Below are positions 10,350-20,037 of a stretch of 64,000 nt of DNA, piece after piece. Position 1 is the first letter of the stretch. Each line of letters opens with the position of its first letter. A program made the translations under genes and the position numbers. The notes under the pieces are model-generated. The model was not told where the DNA came from and searched no databases. It saw nothing but the letters and a program-made list of their open reading frames with translations. The DNA is from Candidatus Latescibacterota bacterium (GTDB lineage Bacteria > Latescibacterota > UBA2968 > UBA8231): assembly GCA_965215195.1 (NCBI GenBank), contig CBDCDC010000002.1, forward strand, positions 1,472,001-1,536,000, in the 5' to 3' direction.

Positions 10350-11797
10350 GGCATCCCCTCCTTGGACTGCGGCAGGCGCAGGCGGCACACCGTGCCTTGG
10401 CCTTGCCGACTGTCTATTTCGATCCGGCCGCGGTTTTCTTCAACCACCCGCGCCACCACCGCCAGCCCCAAGCCCGACCCCTGCTCTTTGGTCGTAAAGA
10501 AAGGCTCGAAAAGGCGCGCCTGTACCGCCTCCGACATGCCCGGGCCATCGTCGGCCACCTCGACGACAACCTCCGCGTCGGCGGCCGTGGCCCGCACCGT
10601 CAAGTGCCCGCCATCGCGCATGGCTTGGACGGCGTTCTTCATTAGGTTGACCAGGGCCCGCTCCATCTGCTCGGCGTCGATGTAGCACGCCAAGTCGGGC
10701 GCGATGTGCTCTTGGTAGCTGATGCCCGCCGCCTGCATTTCCGGGGCCAGCAAAAAGGCCGCGTCGGCCACTAGCGGGGCCAGCGGAGTCGGCTGTGGAT
10801 GCGCTGGCAGCGGCCGGGCAAATTCGAGAAACTCGGAAATTACGCGATTGAGCCGGCGCACTTCCTCAATGACCTTCTCGATGTGTTGCTTGCGCTCGTC
10901 GCTGGCGGGCAAGTCGCCGGCGATCAGGCCGGCGTACAGCTCAATGCTGCCCAGCGGATTGCGGATCTCGTGGGCCACGCCGCCCAGCATGAGGCGTAGC
11001 TGGGCGTCGCGGGCGACCAGCTTGCGCCGCATCTCCTCCATGGCTTCGCCCAAATAGCCAATTTCGTCGTCGGACGCGGTGACCACCTCTTGGTCCATGT
11101 TGCCGCGGCCGATTTCGCGCACGGCCTCGACCAGCTTTTGGATGGGCCGCGTCAGCGTCCGCGCCAACCCCCACGCCACCCCGACAGTGAGCAACGCACT
11201 CAACCCGGCAAAGATCAGCACCGACCGCCCGAAGACGCGGATGGAATCCACAAACCCGGCCCCGATTTCGACCCCGACAGCCGCTACTACTTCGCCGCCG
11301 TTAAAGATCGGGGCGTAGCCGGTCATGTACGGGACATCGCCATCGTAAAAAAGCACCGAATGCGCGGTATAGCCCTTCCAAACCCTCTCCAGCTCTCGGC
11401 GGTGAAATATCCGTTTGGGGTACTCGCGGCCAATGGGCATTAGCCCATCCGTGTCGAGCAGCGAGCGGTACTGGCGGTCGAAGACGAAGATGTGCCGGGC
11501 GCCAACCCCTTGTTCGGCGCGCTGCAATTTACCCATTAATCTCCGGTAGAGATCTGAGTGCTCGCGGCCGGGGCGCAGGTAGGGCACCACGCCGCCGGAC
11601 AGGCTCGTGCTCACCAGCGTGGCGACCGATACGAGGTGGTCGCGCATCTGCCGCTCCAAGCTGCGATCCGTCAGCTCGAAGAGCACCCAGCCCGATAGCC
11701 CCACGACGACCATGACCAGCAGCACGAAACTCAGGATCAGCTTGTGGCCGATCCGCGCCCGGGGCCCCTCGCTGGCGGCGGACTTGCCCTTGGTCAT
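10334..11797 (-). CDS. HAMP-domain sensor histidine kinase
   Basis: Two TMs, HAMP, AHEIRNPL H-box, NAVQA, DDGPG, GSGLGL. Confidence 0.93.
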   Translation of the reverse strand: MTKGKSAASEGPRARIGHKLILSFVLLVMVVVGLSGWVLFELTDRSLERQMRDHLVSVATLVSTSLSGGVVPYLRPGREHSDLYRRLMGKLQRAEQGVGARHIFVFDRQYRSLLDTDGLMPIGREYPKRIFHRRELERVWKGYTAHSVLFYDGDVPYMTGYAPIFNGGEVVAAVGVEIGAGFVDSIRVFGRSVLIFAGLSALLTVGVAWGLARTLTRPIQKLVEAVREIGRGNMDQEVVTASDDEIGYLGEAMEEMRRKLVARDAQLRLMLGGVAHEIRNPLGSIELYAGLIAGDLPASDERKQHIEKVIEEVRRLNRVISEFLEFARPLPAHPQPTPLAPLVADAAFLLAPEMQAAGISYQEHIAPDLACYIDAEQMERALVNLMKNAVQAMRDGGHLTVRATAADAEVVVEVADDGPGMSEAVQARLFEPFFTTKEQGSGLGLAVVARVVEENRGRIEIDSRQGQGTVCRLRLPQSKEGMPWAGF

Positions 11798-11944
11798 TTG
11801 GACAGACTCGACAAATTGGTGCATCCTATTTGGTAATGTACCGTCTTAAAAACAAACGGACAAGCAAAGTAGTGGTTCCGCTCTACGCCTCGCAATGTGG
11901 GGCCTAAACTCACCAGCTCAACCTCTTTTGAAAGGGAATATCCC

Positions 11945-12745
11945 ATGAAATACCTCATATTGGCCGCTTGTTGCTTGTTGGTAGCCTGCGGCGACTCCGA
12001 TGAGGACCAAGGCGAGGTGACCATCTACTTTAACCACACCGTCGCCGGTGCCGATCTCGAGCACGAGCATATCCTCTACACCAACGCCGCCGGCAACGAA
12101 TACGGCGTCACCCGCCTAGAGTACATCGTCTCGGATATCGCTTTAGAGACGGCCGGGGGCAAGCGCGTCGCCCTAGCTGAGTTCCACTACCGCAACGCCT
12201 TTGTGGGCGCCACCCGCAGCATTTCGGCCAAGGTGCCCGGTGGCGAATACACTGCCCTGCGCTTTACCTTTGGCATCGACGGAGCCAGCAACGAGACCGG
12301 CGCACTGCCGAGCGTCGATCATTTTAACAACATGGCATGGCCCGCTCCTATGGGCGGCGGCTACCACTACATGCGCATGGAGGGCCTCTTTCGCACCGAC
12401 GATGGCGAAGGGGCCTTTCTCACGCACACCGGGCCAGCGGGTGGGGAAGACTTTTCGCTTGCCGTCTCCCTGCCGCTTTCCCTAACGGTCAGCGGGGACG
12501 AGTGGGCAATCGCCGTGGTGATGGACCTCAACGAGTGGTACGACGCGCCATCCCTATACGACTTTAACGGCCGCGGCGGGATTATGGGCAGTGCCGACGC
12601 CCAGTTGATCTTGCAGGAAAACGGCGCTACGGTCTTTTCCCTAGGTCCCATCGGGCACCCCGACCTCGTCGGACAAGACCACGGGGAAGAGGAAGTCGAA
12701 CCAGACCAAGCAGCGCAAGACCACGACGAACACTTAGGAGGGTAA
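11945..12745 (+). CDS. MbnP-family lipoprotein (copper-binding family)
   Basis: Lipobox LVAC, LEYIVSDI, MAWPAPMGGGYHYMRMEG; adjacent to an MbnH-like peroxidase; His/acidic tail. Confidence 0.7.
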   Translation: MKYLILAACCLLVACGDSDEDQGEVTIYFNHTVAGADLEHEHILYTNAAGNEYGVTRLEYIVSDIALETAGGKRVALAEFHYRNAFVGATRSISAKVPGGEYTALRFTFGIDGASNETGALPSVDHFNNMAWPAPMGGGYHYMRMEGLFRTDDGEGAFLTHTGPAGGEDFSLAVSLPLSLTVSGDEWAIAVVMDLNEWYDAPSLYDFNGRGGIMGSADAQLILQENGATVFSLGPIGHPDLVGQDHGEEEVEPDQAAQDHDEHLGG

Positions 12746-12748
12746 CCC

Positions 12749-13756
12749 ATGGGGCTTGGGGCATTGATCCTGCTGGGGCTGGTCGCCTGCGGCCAAGACG
12801 CGGGCGTACCCCCGACCTCTCTGCCCGACCCAACTCCCTACGAACTAGCCGTGCCGGCGGGATTTCCCGCGCCAGCAATCCCGCCGGACAATCCCCTAAC
12901 GGCCGAGGGCATCGCCCTTGGCAAGCGGCTCTTTGCCGACCCCATTCTCTCCGTCGATAGCACCATAGCCTGCGCCTCGTGCCACCTGCCCGCCCACGCC
13001 TTCTCCGATCCGCGGCCGTTTAGCCAAGGCGTCGGCGGCGTCACCAGCCGCAACTCCATGCCGCTTTTTAACCTGCTCTGGAGCCCGTCCTTTTTCTGGG
13101 ACGGGCGCGCGGACAGCCTCGAAGCCCAAGCCCTCGAACCCGTGCAGAGCCCCGTGGAACTGGGCGAGGACTGGGACCGCGTGGTGGCCAAACTGGAGCG
13201 GCACGCCGAATATCCCGCGCTCTTCGCCCGCGCCTTTGGCGACGCGCCCATCAACCGGCGCCTCGTCGTCCGAGCCCTCGCCCAGTTTGAGCGCACCCTC
13301 ATTTCCGCGGACAGCAAATACGACCGCTGGTTGGCCGGCCAAGCGGCGTTTACCCCACGAGAAGAACGGGGCTTCTTCCTCTTTCACACCGAAAAAGCCG
13401 ACTGCTTTCACTGCCACGTCGCGCCGCTTTTCACCGACAACGAGTTTCACAACAATGGGCTGGACCTAGACCCTCCGGACGAGGGATTGGCCGCGCTCAG
13501 CGGAAAACGCCTCGACCGCGGCAAATTCAAGACGCCAACCCTGCGCAACGTAGAGTACACCGCGCCGTACATGCACGACGGCCGCTTTCAGAGCCTAGAG
13601 GAGGTCGTCGAGCACTACGACTCCGGTTTTCACCGCACGATCCTCACCGATCCGCTGTTGCTCGTCCGCCCCAACCTCGACCTCAACCCAGCCGACAAAC
13701 GCGCCTTGGTCGCCTTTTTGAAAACCCTTTCCGACCCTCAATTACAGGCCCGGTGA
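12749..13756 (+). CDS. Di-heme cytochrome c peroxidase (MbnH/MauG family)
   Basis: CASCH and CFHCH, FWDGRA, FKTPTLRNV, APYMHDG. Confidence 0.9.
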   Translation: MGLGALILLGLVACGQDAGVPPTSLPDPTPYELAVPAGFPAPAIPPDNPLTAEGIALGKRLFADPILSVDSTIACASCHLPAHAFSDPRPFSQGVGGVTSRNSMPLFNLLWSPSFFWDGRADSLEAQALEPVQSPVELGEDWDRVVAKLERHAEYPALFARAFGDAPINRRLVVRALAQFERTLISADSKYDRWLAGQAAFTPREERGFFLFHTEKADCFHCHVAPLFTDNEFHNNGLDLDPPDEGLAALSGKRLDRGKFKTPTLRNVEYTAPYMHDGRFQSLEEVVEHYDSGFHRTILTDPLLLVRPNLDLNPADKRALVAFLKTLSDPQLQAR

Positions 13757-13881
13757 CGCGCTTATGTCTTTGTTTCTTTTATCGTTTACTTTTCCCTTGA
13801 TTAAGTGTCAGAATTTCGTATAATACAACCACTTATGAACAAAGTCAGAGCCGGTTTAGCTCCTCATCTAGAGAGGTTTTA

Positions 13882-14220
13882 GTGGCCACGATAACCAAAA
13901 AGGATCTAGCGCGGTCGGTCGCCGACACGATCGGCTGCAAAAACAACCTGACTTTGCAAATGGTCGATAGCCTTTTCGAGGCCATGCGCGAAACGCTCAT
14001 CGAGGGAAACCGCATTGAGATTAGGGGTTTCGGCGTCCTCGAAGTCAAAGACACCAAGCCCAAGCCCGCTGCACGCAACCCACGCACCGGCGAGGTCGTG
14101 TACGTGCCCGCCCGCCGCAAGACGCACTTCAAGCCGGGCAAACAACTCAAAGAAGCCCTACACGACACCCGCTCCGCCGCCCAAGCCGCGTCAGGCCCCG
14201 GCGGCTCTTGGGCCCCATGA
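13882..14220 (+). CDS. HU/IHF family DNA-binding protein
   Basis: IEIRGFGVLEV, ARNPRTGE, HFKPGK. Confidence 0.92.
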   Translation: MATITKKDLARSVADTIGCKNNLTLQMVDSLFEAMRETLIEGNRIEIRGFGVLEVKDTKPKPAARNPRTGEVVYVPARRKTHFKPGKQLKEALHDTRSAAQAASGPGGSWAP

Positions 14221-14246
14221 CTTGGTTGAAAATTCGCCCTAAAAAA

Positions 14247-14279
14247 GTAAAAGCCGGCTCTTTGCGAGTCGGCTTTTAC
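14247..14279 (+). terminator. Intrinsic terminator-like hairpin after HU
   Basis: GTAAAAGCCGGCTC-TTTGC-GAGTCGGCTTTTAC with flanking A/T runs. Confidence 0.65.
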
Positions 14280-14284
14280 TGTAT

Positions 14285-15329
14285 ATGCGTTGGCCTTGCG
14301 CTGCTGATAGCTTCCGGCGTCCGCGCCGAGCAACGCCTGCACATCGGCACGGATCCGCGCCTCGAACTGCTCATCGCGGTCCAACTCCTCAGCCAGTATC
14401 GCTATCTGACGCCCTATCGAGTGGAGTACGCACGCGACCTCATCACCCATTTCTCGCGCTATCCCCCCCAGCAGGCCGTCGCCCTTTTTCGCAGCCTGAG
14501 CTTGGACACAGGGTGGTCCGATGCCTACCCAACCGCCATGCTCTATCTGTCCGATCCTCCCGCACTAGAACCAACCCAACCCATTCCCCCCCACATCTAT
14601 CGCGCCTTCCGCGGCGAGGAAAACTTCACGCGCTTCGTCCACGCCTTGCGCAACTTTGCGCACCAGACCCAATTCAACCACTTCTTCGCCCGCAGCCAAA
14701 AGCTCTATCGCCTCCTCGAGGCTCGCCTCCGCGAAGAGCTGGCCGGTGCCGATCCCAGCGGCGAAGTAGAGGCCTATTTCGGCACCCGCCAAATCAGCTA
14801 CCACCTCGTCCTCAGCCCGCTCTTGCACCATGGAGGATTTGGCCCGCACATCGGCCGCCCGGGAGGGCCGTACGATGTCTATACCCTGCTCGGCCCCACA
14901 GAGGCCACGCACGGCCTACCCGAATACGGCCCCCGCGAGCAACTTTTGCAGATTATATGGCACGAGTTCAGCCACGCCTTCGTCAACCCCCTCAGCCAAG
15001 AGCACTATCCAATGCTGAGGCCCCATGCCGACTTATTCGCCCCACTGGCCGAACAGATGGCCGGCATCGGCTACACCAACTGGTTCGACTGCGCCAATGA
15101 ACACCTCATCCGCGCCGTCACCGCGCGCCTCGCCCACCATCACCTCGGCGCAGAAGCGGGTCGCCGGGCCCTGCGCGCAGAATCCGGACGCGGCTTCCGC
15201 TATGTCCACGCGCTAGCGCACCGCCTCGAAGAATACGAATCCCAGCGCGATCGCTACCCGACCTTTGCCGCCTTCTTCCCCCGCTTAATCACCGTCTTTG
15301 CCGATTTAGCGCACCAGTCGCCGGAATAG
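14285..15329 (+). CDS. DUF4932-domain secreted protein (HExxH); probable +1 frameshift near the start
   Basis: DPRLELL, HEFSHAFVNP, EHLIRAV; ATG at 14285 is one base out of frame with the signal peptide LALLIASGVRA. Confidence 0.65.
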
Positions 15330-16637
15330 ATCCTCCTGAGGCGGCACTGCGAGCAGTTCGTCCAGCGTCCCGCGCTCCAAGCCCTCGGCAATAACGGCAA
15401 AACTCTCCCGCACCACGGCCGCGGTCTGTTCGACCTCGGCCTCGCCGTGGGCGCAATTGAACATGAACCCAGTCGCCAAGATCGCGCCGCGGCGGGCGTT
15501 TTCCTGGATGAATAGCGTGTGGACCTTGGCGGCCGTCGCGGCATCCTCCGCGCCCAAGCGGATGCGGGGATGTGCGGCCACCCCCTCGCAGCTAGCGTCG
15601 AGCCCGACAGCCGCGGCCGCCGCGTCGATTTGCTCCTTAAAGAAGGTGCCGATGCGCTCGAAGTGGCCCACGGCGTCGCGGCGCTCCAACTCGCGCAAGG
15701 TCGCCAGCGAAGCCGCTACGCCGATGTTGTCGTCCCAATAGGCGCTGGAGATAAACATCTGCGCAGCCGGGGCCATAAACTCCCGCTTGCCGACCACCGC
15801 GCCCATTGGATAGCCGTTGGAGATGGCCTTGGCAAAAACGGACATATCCGGCGTCACGCCCGTGTATTCCTGGGCGCTGCCCAAGGCTACGCGAAACCCA
15901 GACGACACCTCGTCGAAGATGAGCACCACCCCGTAGCGCGACGCCAACTCCCGCACCTTTTCGAGATAGCCCGGCGGCGGCTCATCCGAGCGCATCGGCT
16001 CCATGATGATACAGGCCAACTCGCCGGCGTGCGCTTCGAGCAGGGCGGTGAGTTCATCGCCATCGCCATAGGTAAAGGGCAGGGCCGTGCCCTCCAAGCA
16101 GCGGGGTACGCCAATCGGCTCAATGCCATTAAAAAGATGAGCGGCCAGCCGCTCGGCCCCGATGTTGGCGGCCTGATACCAGTCGTGCCAGCCGTGGTAG
16201 CCGCAAAACAACACCTTGTCGCGGCCGGTGACCCCGCGTGCGATCCGCACCGCAATGGTGCAGGCCTCGCCCCCGCCCTTGCAGTAGCGCACCATTTCCG
16301 CCGAGGGCACAATCCGCACCAACTCTTCGGCCAGCTCCACGGCCGACTCCTGCACAATGCTGTAGATCGCGCCCCGGTCGATCTGGGCGCGCACCGCGGC
16401 ATCGACGACCTCGTCGGCATAGCCCAAGATCACCGGCCCCACCGCGCTGGTCCAATCGATGTATTCGTTGCCATCCACGTCCCAGATGCGGCAGCCTTTG
16501 GCGCGCTCGGCGTAGATGGGGCTGACCCCGAGCGCGGCCCGAGTTGGGCGGCGGCTGATGAGCTGGGTGGTGCCGGGGATGAGCGCGTTGGCGCGCTCGT
16601 AGATTTGCAATGAGCGGCGCACCGAGTGTTCTCGCAT
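15306..16637 (-). CDS. Class III aminotransferase (glutamate-1-semialdehyde aminomutase-like)
   Basis: WDVDGNEYID, YHGWHD, LIFDEVSSGFR, FAKAISNG. Confidence 0.85.
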   Translation of the reverse strand: MREHSVRRSLQIYERANALIPGTTQLISRRPTRAALGVSPIYAERAKGCRIWDVDGNEYIDWTSAVGPVILGYADEVVDAAVRAQIDRGAIYSIVQESAVELAEELVRIVPSAEMVRYCKGGGEACTIAVRIARGVTGRDKVLFCGYHGWHDWYQAANIGAERLAAHLFNGIEPIGVPRCLEGTALPFTYGDGDELTALLEAHAGELACIIMEPMRSDEPPPGYLEKVRELASRYGVVLIFDEVSSGFRVALGSAQEYTGVTPDMSVFAKAISNGYPMGAVVGKREFMAPAAQMFISSAYWDDNIGVAASLATLRELERRDAVGHFERIGTFFKEQIDAAAAAVGLDASCEGVAAHPRIRLGAEDAATAAKVHTLFIQENARRGAILATGFMFNCAHGEAEVEQTAAVVRESFAVIAEGLERGTLDELLAVPPQEDLFRRLVR

Positions 16638-16813
16638 GACACAGGCTCCTTCTACCGCCCGCTGCGGAGCGGGTTCTCGGGTGAAAAAGGCGTTTGGGGC
16701 GCGTTGGCCACGCCCAGCCCGAATTTCTCGCCGGTAGGGGTGGTTAGAATTTGACAGCCCGTTTAAGCCCCTCTTTTTTCTTGGTCCAACCTCATACCCC
16801 AATGGAGCTCATC

Positions 16814-17416
16814 ATGCAACGCGCCTTGCCTCTTCTCGCCCTCTTGCTAGCGCTGCCGCTCGCCGCCCACGCCTTTGATGACAGACGCGAGGGCTTTTTG
16901 TTCGGTTTGAGCTTTGGGCCGAGCTACCAGTCCATTGAGCAGGAGTGGCTCATCGGCGATGAGACCTCCCGGCGCGAGGACAGCGATCCGACCTTCGGGA
17001 CCGCCCTTCAGTTCGGCTACGGCCTCACCAACCACCTCGTCTTAGGCTGGGTCTTGGGCTTGGGCAGCGAAACCGACGACGGCGACATCAAGCTCCGCGG
17101 CACCGAGGTCGAAAGGGGCAACACCAGCTTTGAGATCGACGGCTTTAGCGCGACCTATTTCTTCAAAAAACGCGCCCCATCGCCCTTTGTCGAAGCCGTC
17201 ATCGGCACCGCACACTGGGACGACGGGGGCGACAACGCCCTCGACGGCCTCGGGCTGGCCGGGAGCATTGGCTACGAGGTGCGCAAGCACTGGATGGTCA
17301 AGGGGACCGTCGGCTGGGGTACGCCAAGCGCCGAGGCCACAATCGACGACGAAGTGGTCAAAGCCGACGTCACGGGCTTGGTCGTCGCTTTCAACGTCAG
17401 CTATCTCTGGTACTGA
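16814..17416 (+). CDS. Outer-membrane beta-barrel protein
   Basis: Signal peptide, alternating amphipathic strands, aromatic C-terminus VSYLWY. Confidence 0.7.
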   Translation: MQRALPLLALLLALPLAAHAFDDRREGFLFGLSFGPSYQSIEQEWLIGDETSRREDSDPTFGTALQFGYGLTNHLVLGWVLGLGSETDDGDIKLRGTEVERGNTSFEIDGFSATYFFKKRAPSPFVEAVIGTAHWDDGGDNALDGLGLAGSIGYEVRKHWMVKGTVGWGTPSAEATIDDEVVKADVTGLVVAFNVSYLWY

Positions 17417-17463
17417 AGAGAGTGCGCGGCGAGCTTCAGCGCGGTCGCCGGGGAAATAGTCGA

Positions 17464-17970
17464 TCAAGTGCGTCTGCCTGAGTTACTGCTATGGCCGAGT
17501 ATCTGGTCGGTAATTATTCCAAGGTCGCTTCTGCTGCCTCGCTTCTCTTCGTCGAGTTCTCGCAGTTCGTCAATCGACCAGGGCGCAAGCACCTCGAGGA
17601 CGATAGGGAAGGCATCTCTGCGGGATCGAATCTTCGAAGTTGGAATGTCCCTGTATTCTAAGAACCGTTTGACTTCCCGAAGCTCGGGCAGAAATTCCTT
17701 GTTCTCGTAAGCACGGGCGAGTTTCTCCAAAAGATGTGCAACATCGGGATTGGCCGGGTTGACCTCCCGGAGCATCTCCTCGATGCTCTTCTCGGTTCGG
17801 CGCTGTGCTTTGCTCCGCTTGGCACCATTCTCGTAATCCTCAATCCCGGCCTTGATTGCGGGGAGATCGGTGTTTCCAATTCCCGAGAGAGCTTTAGCAA
17901 CCTTCGTTTTTCCGTACCGTGCGATCAACAGCCGGAGCTCGAGATCGAGAAGTGTCTGGTTTCGGTTCAT
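17464..17970 (-). CDS. Hypothetical protein coupled to ParA
   Basis: 168 aa, 4 bp downstream of ParA, lower GC than the flanks. Confidence 0.6.
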   Translation of the reverse strand: MNRNQTLLDLELRLLIARYGKTKVAKALSGIGNTDLPAIKAGIEDYENGAKRSKAQRRTEKSIEEMLREVNPANPDVAHLLEKLARAYENKEFLPELREVKRFLEYRDIPTSKIRSRRDAFPIVLEVLAPWSIDELRELDEEKRGSRSDLGIITDQILGHSSNSGRRT

Positions 17971-17974
17971 AGGA

Positions 17975-18817
17975 CTATCCCCTGATGTTCAGCCTCTCGA
18001 AAATTTCTTCCTTAAATGTATTGAATTCTCTAGTGACCTCAGAACGGGCGTAGGGTGTCCTGCTAAGAGAGGTCCCTTCACGCGCCGCCCTCGCATAGGA
18101 TGCCGAATAACTCAGTTGCTTGTTGAAAATATGCCAGCCATGTTCCCGCGCTATTTCTCGGACTTCCTTAACTGACTGCCGCCCTTCAGGTCCTTCTGAG
18201 TATTTGGAAGAGTGATTGAAAACGAGGCCGGCGATTTCAACTTCGTGGTCTTCGTTCTCAAGCCGAAATTCTTGTATGGAGCGTGCAAGCAAAGGCAGGC
18301 CGATTGTAGCCATGAACTCCGGTTTCACCGGGACGATTACGTATCGGCTTGCGAAATAGGCTGCGTCTGTCAGAATCGACTCCGTCGGAGCACAGTCAAT
18401 GAGAATGAGATCGTATTGGTCGCTGATCCGCGATAGAGCTTTTGCGAGTCGTCGTTCTTTTCCTGTCGGGTTTTTGAGAGTCCGGCTCAGTTCGAGGCGA
18501 GAGGGGATAAGGTCCAAGCTGCTATTGACCCTCCGTACAATCACCTCGTCAAGATCGATAGGACGGGGAGACCCGCTAGCCCCTCCGGCAGGTATATAAT
18601 CTTCAAATATCTGTACGATAGCGGGACGATTGTCTCGTAAATGACGTACATACTTACGAACCCCCATCACGGCTTGGCTCAAATTCGCCTGCGGATCTAG
18701 GTCTATAGCCAAGACCTTCAGGCTATCCCGGACGGCAGCCTGCGCCAACTGTGACGCGATCGTCGTCTTGCCGACCCCGCCCTTCATATTGATAAGACTA
18801 ACTGTTACTGCTGCCAC
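17975..18817 (-). CDS. ParA/Soj family ATPase
   Basis: NMKGGVGKTT, IDLDPQAN, ILIDCAP; likely GTG start at 18817. Confidence 0.88.
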   Translation of the reverse strand: MAAVTVSLINMKGGVGKTTIASQLAQAAVRDSLKVLAIDLDPQANLSQAVMGVRKYVRHLRDNRPAIVQIFEDYIPAGGASGSPRPIDLDEVIVRRVNSSLDLIPSRLELSRTLKNPTGKERRLAKALSRISDQYDLILIDCAPTESILTDAAYFASRYVIVPVKPEFMATIGLPLLARSIQEFRLENEDHEVEIAGLVFNHSSKYSEGPEGRQSVKEVREIAREHGWHIFNKQLSYSASYARAAREGTSLSRTPYARSEVTREFNTFKEEIFERLNIRG

Positions 18818-18884
18818 AAGTGATTTTTCCTTTCGCTTCGGCTCTACGGCCGATTGAGTTTCTCCGTCTTCAATTTTTTCTAAC

Positions 18885-18924
18885 CAAGACGTCCCGCCGG
18901 AATCCCTTCCGCCGGGACGTCTTG
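18885..18924. terminator. Hairpin downstream of the aldolase gene
   Basis: CAAGACGTCCC...GGGACGTCTTG inverted repeat. Confidence 0.45.
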
Positions 18925-18950
18925 CCGCCGCTTGCACTAGGCCGTCAGGC

Positions 18951-19943
18951 TCACTCCTGCTCTTCCATCTGGTCGTAGAACTGGACGATCTTGCCCCGAT
19001 CCTTGGAGGCGTTGAAGGCCATGCCGGCCCGCGGGTGCTGGTTGAGCAGGCCGGTGATCATGTAGGGATAGTCGTAGCCCCACAGCAGCTTAGAGCGCAG
19101 CGGCTCAATGTGCTGCTCAATGCACTTGAGCACTGGGCGCAAGCGAAATTTCGGGTTGTGCAAAAAGCCCAGCAAAAGCTCCATCTGGCAATTGCCGGCG
19201 CCGCGGCCCAAGCCGGCAAAACTCGCGTCCGCGCAATTGGCCCCCAACACCACGGCTTCGATGGTATTGGCAAAGGCCAGTTGCCGATTGTTGTGAGCGT
19301 GGATCCCGACCTCGATCGGGGTGCCCTCGCAGTATTCGCGAAACGTGTTGCACAGCGCGCGGACCTGCTCGCTATAGAGCGAGCCAAAACTATCGACCAC
19401 GTACACAGCCCCCACGTCCGAGCGCACCAGCATCTCCAGCGCGCTCTTGACCTCGGACTCCGGCACGGTGGAAACGGCCATTAAGTTTAGGGTCGTCTCA
19501 TAGCCCTTGTCGCCGGCGTCCTTGACCATGTCCAAGGCCAGCGGCATCTGGTGGATATAGGTGGCCACGCGGATCATGTCCAATGCGCTTTCAGACGCCG
19601 GGAGAATGTCCGTCTTGTAATCGCTTTTTTCGGCGTCGGCCATGGCCGCCAACTTCAGCGGGGTGTCGTTGTCGCCGACGATGCGGCGGATGTCCTCCTC
19701 GCGGCAGTGCTTCCACGGCCCAAACTCGCCGGGCGGAAACTGCTCCCGCGAGTTGATGTAGCCGATTTCCATGTAGTCGATCCCGGCCTCAACGCAGGAC
19801 TCGTACACGCCGCGGACTACGTCGTCGGCAAACTGGTGGTCGTTCATCAGGCCGCCATCGCGGATCGTGACATCAACGACCTTGATTTCCTCCCGATACC
19901 CGAGCCAATTGTCGGCCCAAGTCGCTCGGTTTTCCTCGCTCAT
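18951..19943 (-). CDS. DRE-TIM (HMGL-like) aldolase-domain protein
   Basis: DVTIRDGG, HAHNN, GLGRGAGN. Confidence 0.85.
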   Translation of the reverse strand: MSEENRATWADNWLGYREEIKVVDVTIRDGGLMNDHQFADDVVRGVYESCVEAGIDYMEIGYINSREQFPPGEFGPWKHCREEDIRRIVGDNDTPLKLAAMADAEKSDYKTDILPASESALDMIRVATYIHQMPLALDMVKDAGDKGYETTLNLMAVSTVPESEVKSALEMLVRSDVGAVYVVDSFGSLYSEQVRALCNTFREYCEGTPIEVGIHAHNNRQLAFANTIEAVVLGANCADASFAGLGRGAGNCQMELLLGFLHNPKFRLRPVLKCIEQHIEPLRSKLLWGYDYPYMITGLLNQHPRAGMAFNASKDRGKIVQFYDQMEEQE

Positions 19944-20037
19944 TACTCGCTCCTGTTTGTGTTGTAACTCAAGTATTGTCGAAAGGATATATACTGCGGC
20001 ACAACCGGCACAAGGTCAACGACAAAGCAGTGAATTC

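Noticed and set aside
14208-14284. N-terminal extension of the DUF4932 ORF in the track
   Set aside because: It runs through the HU terminator hairpin; the true start is more likely 14285 with an indel.
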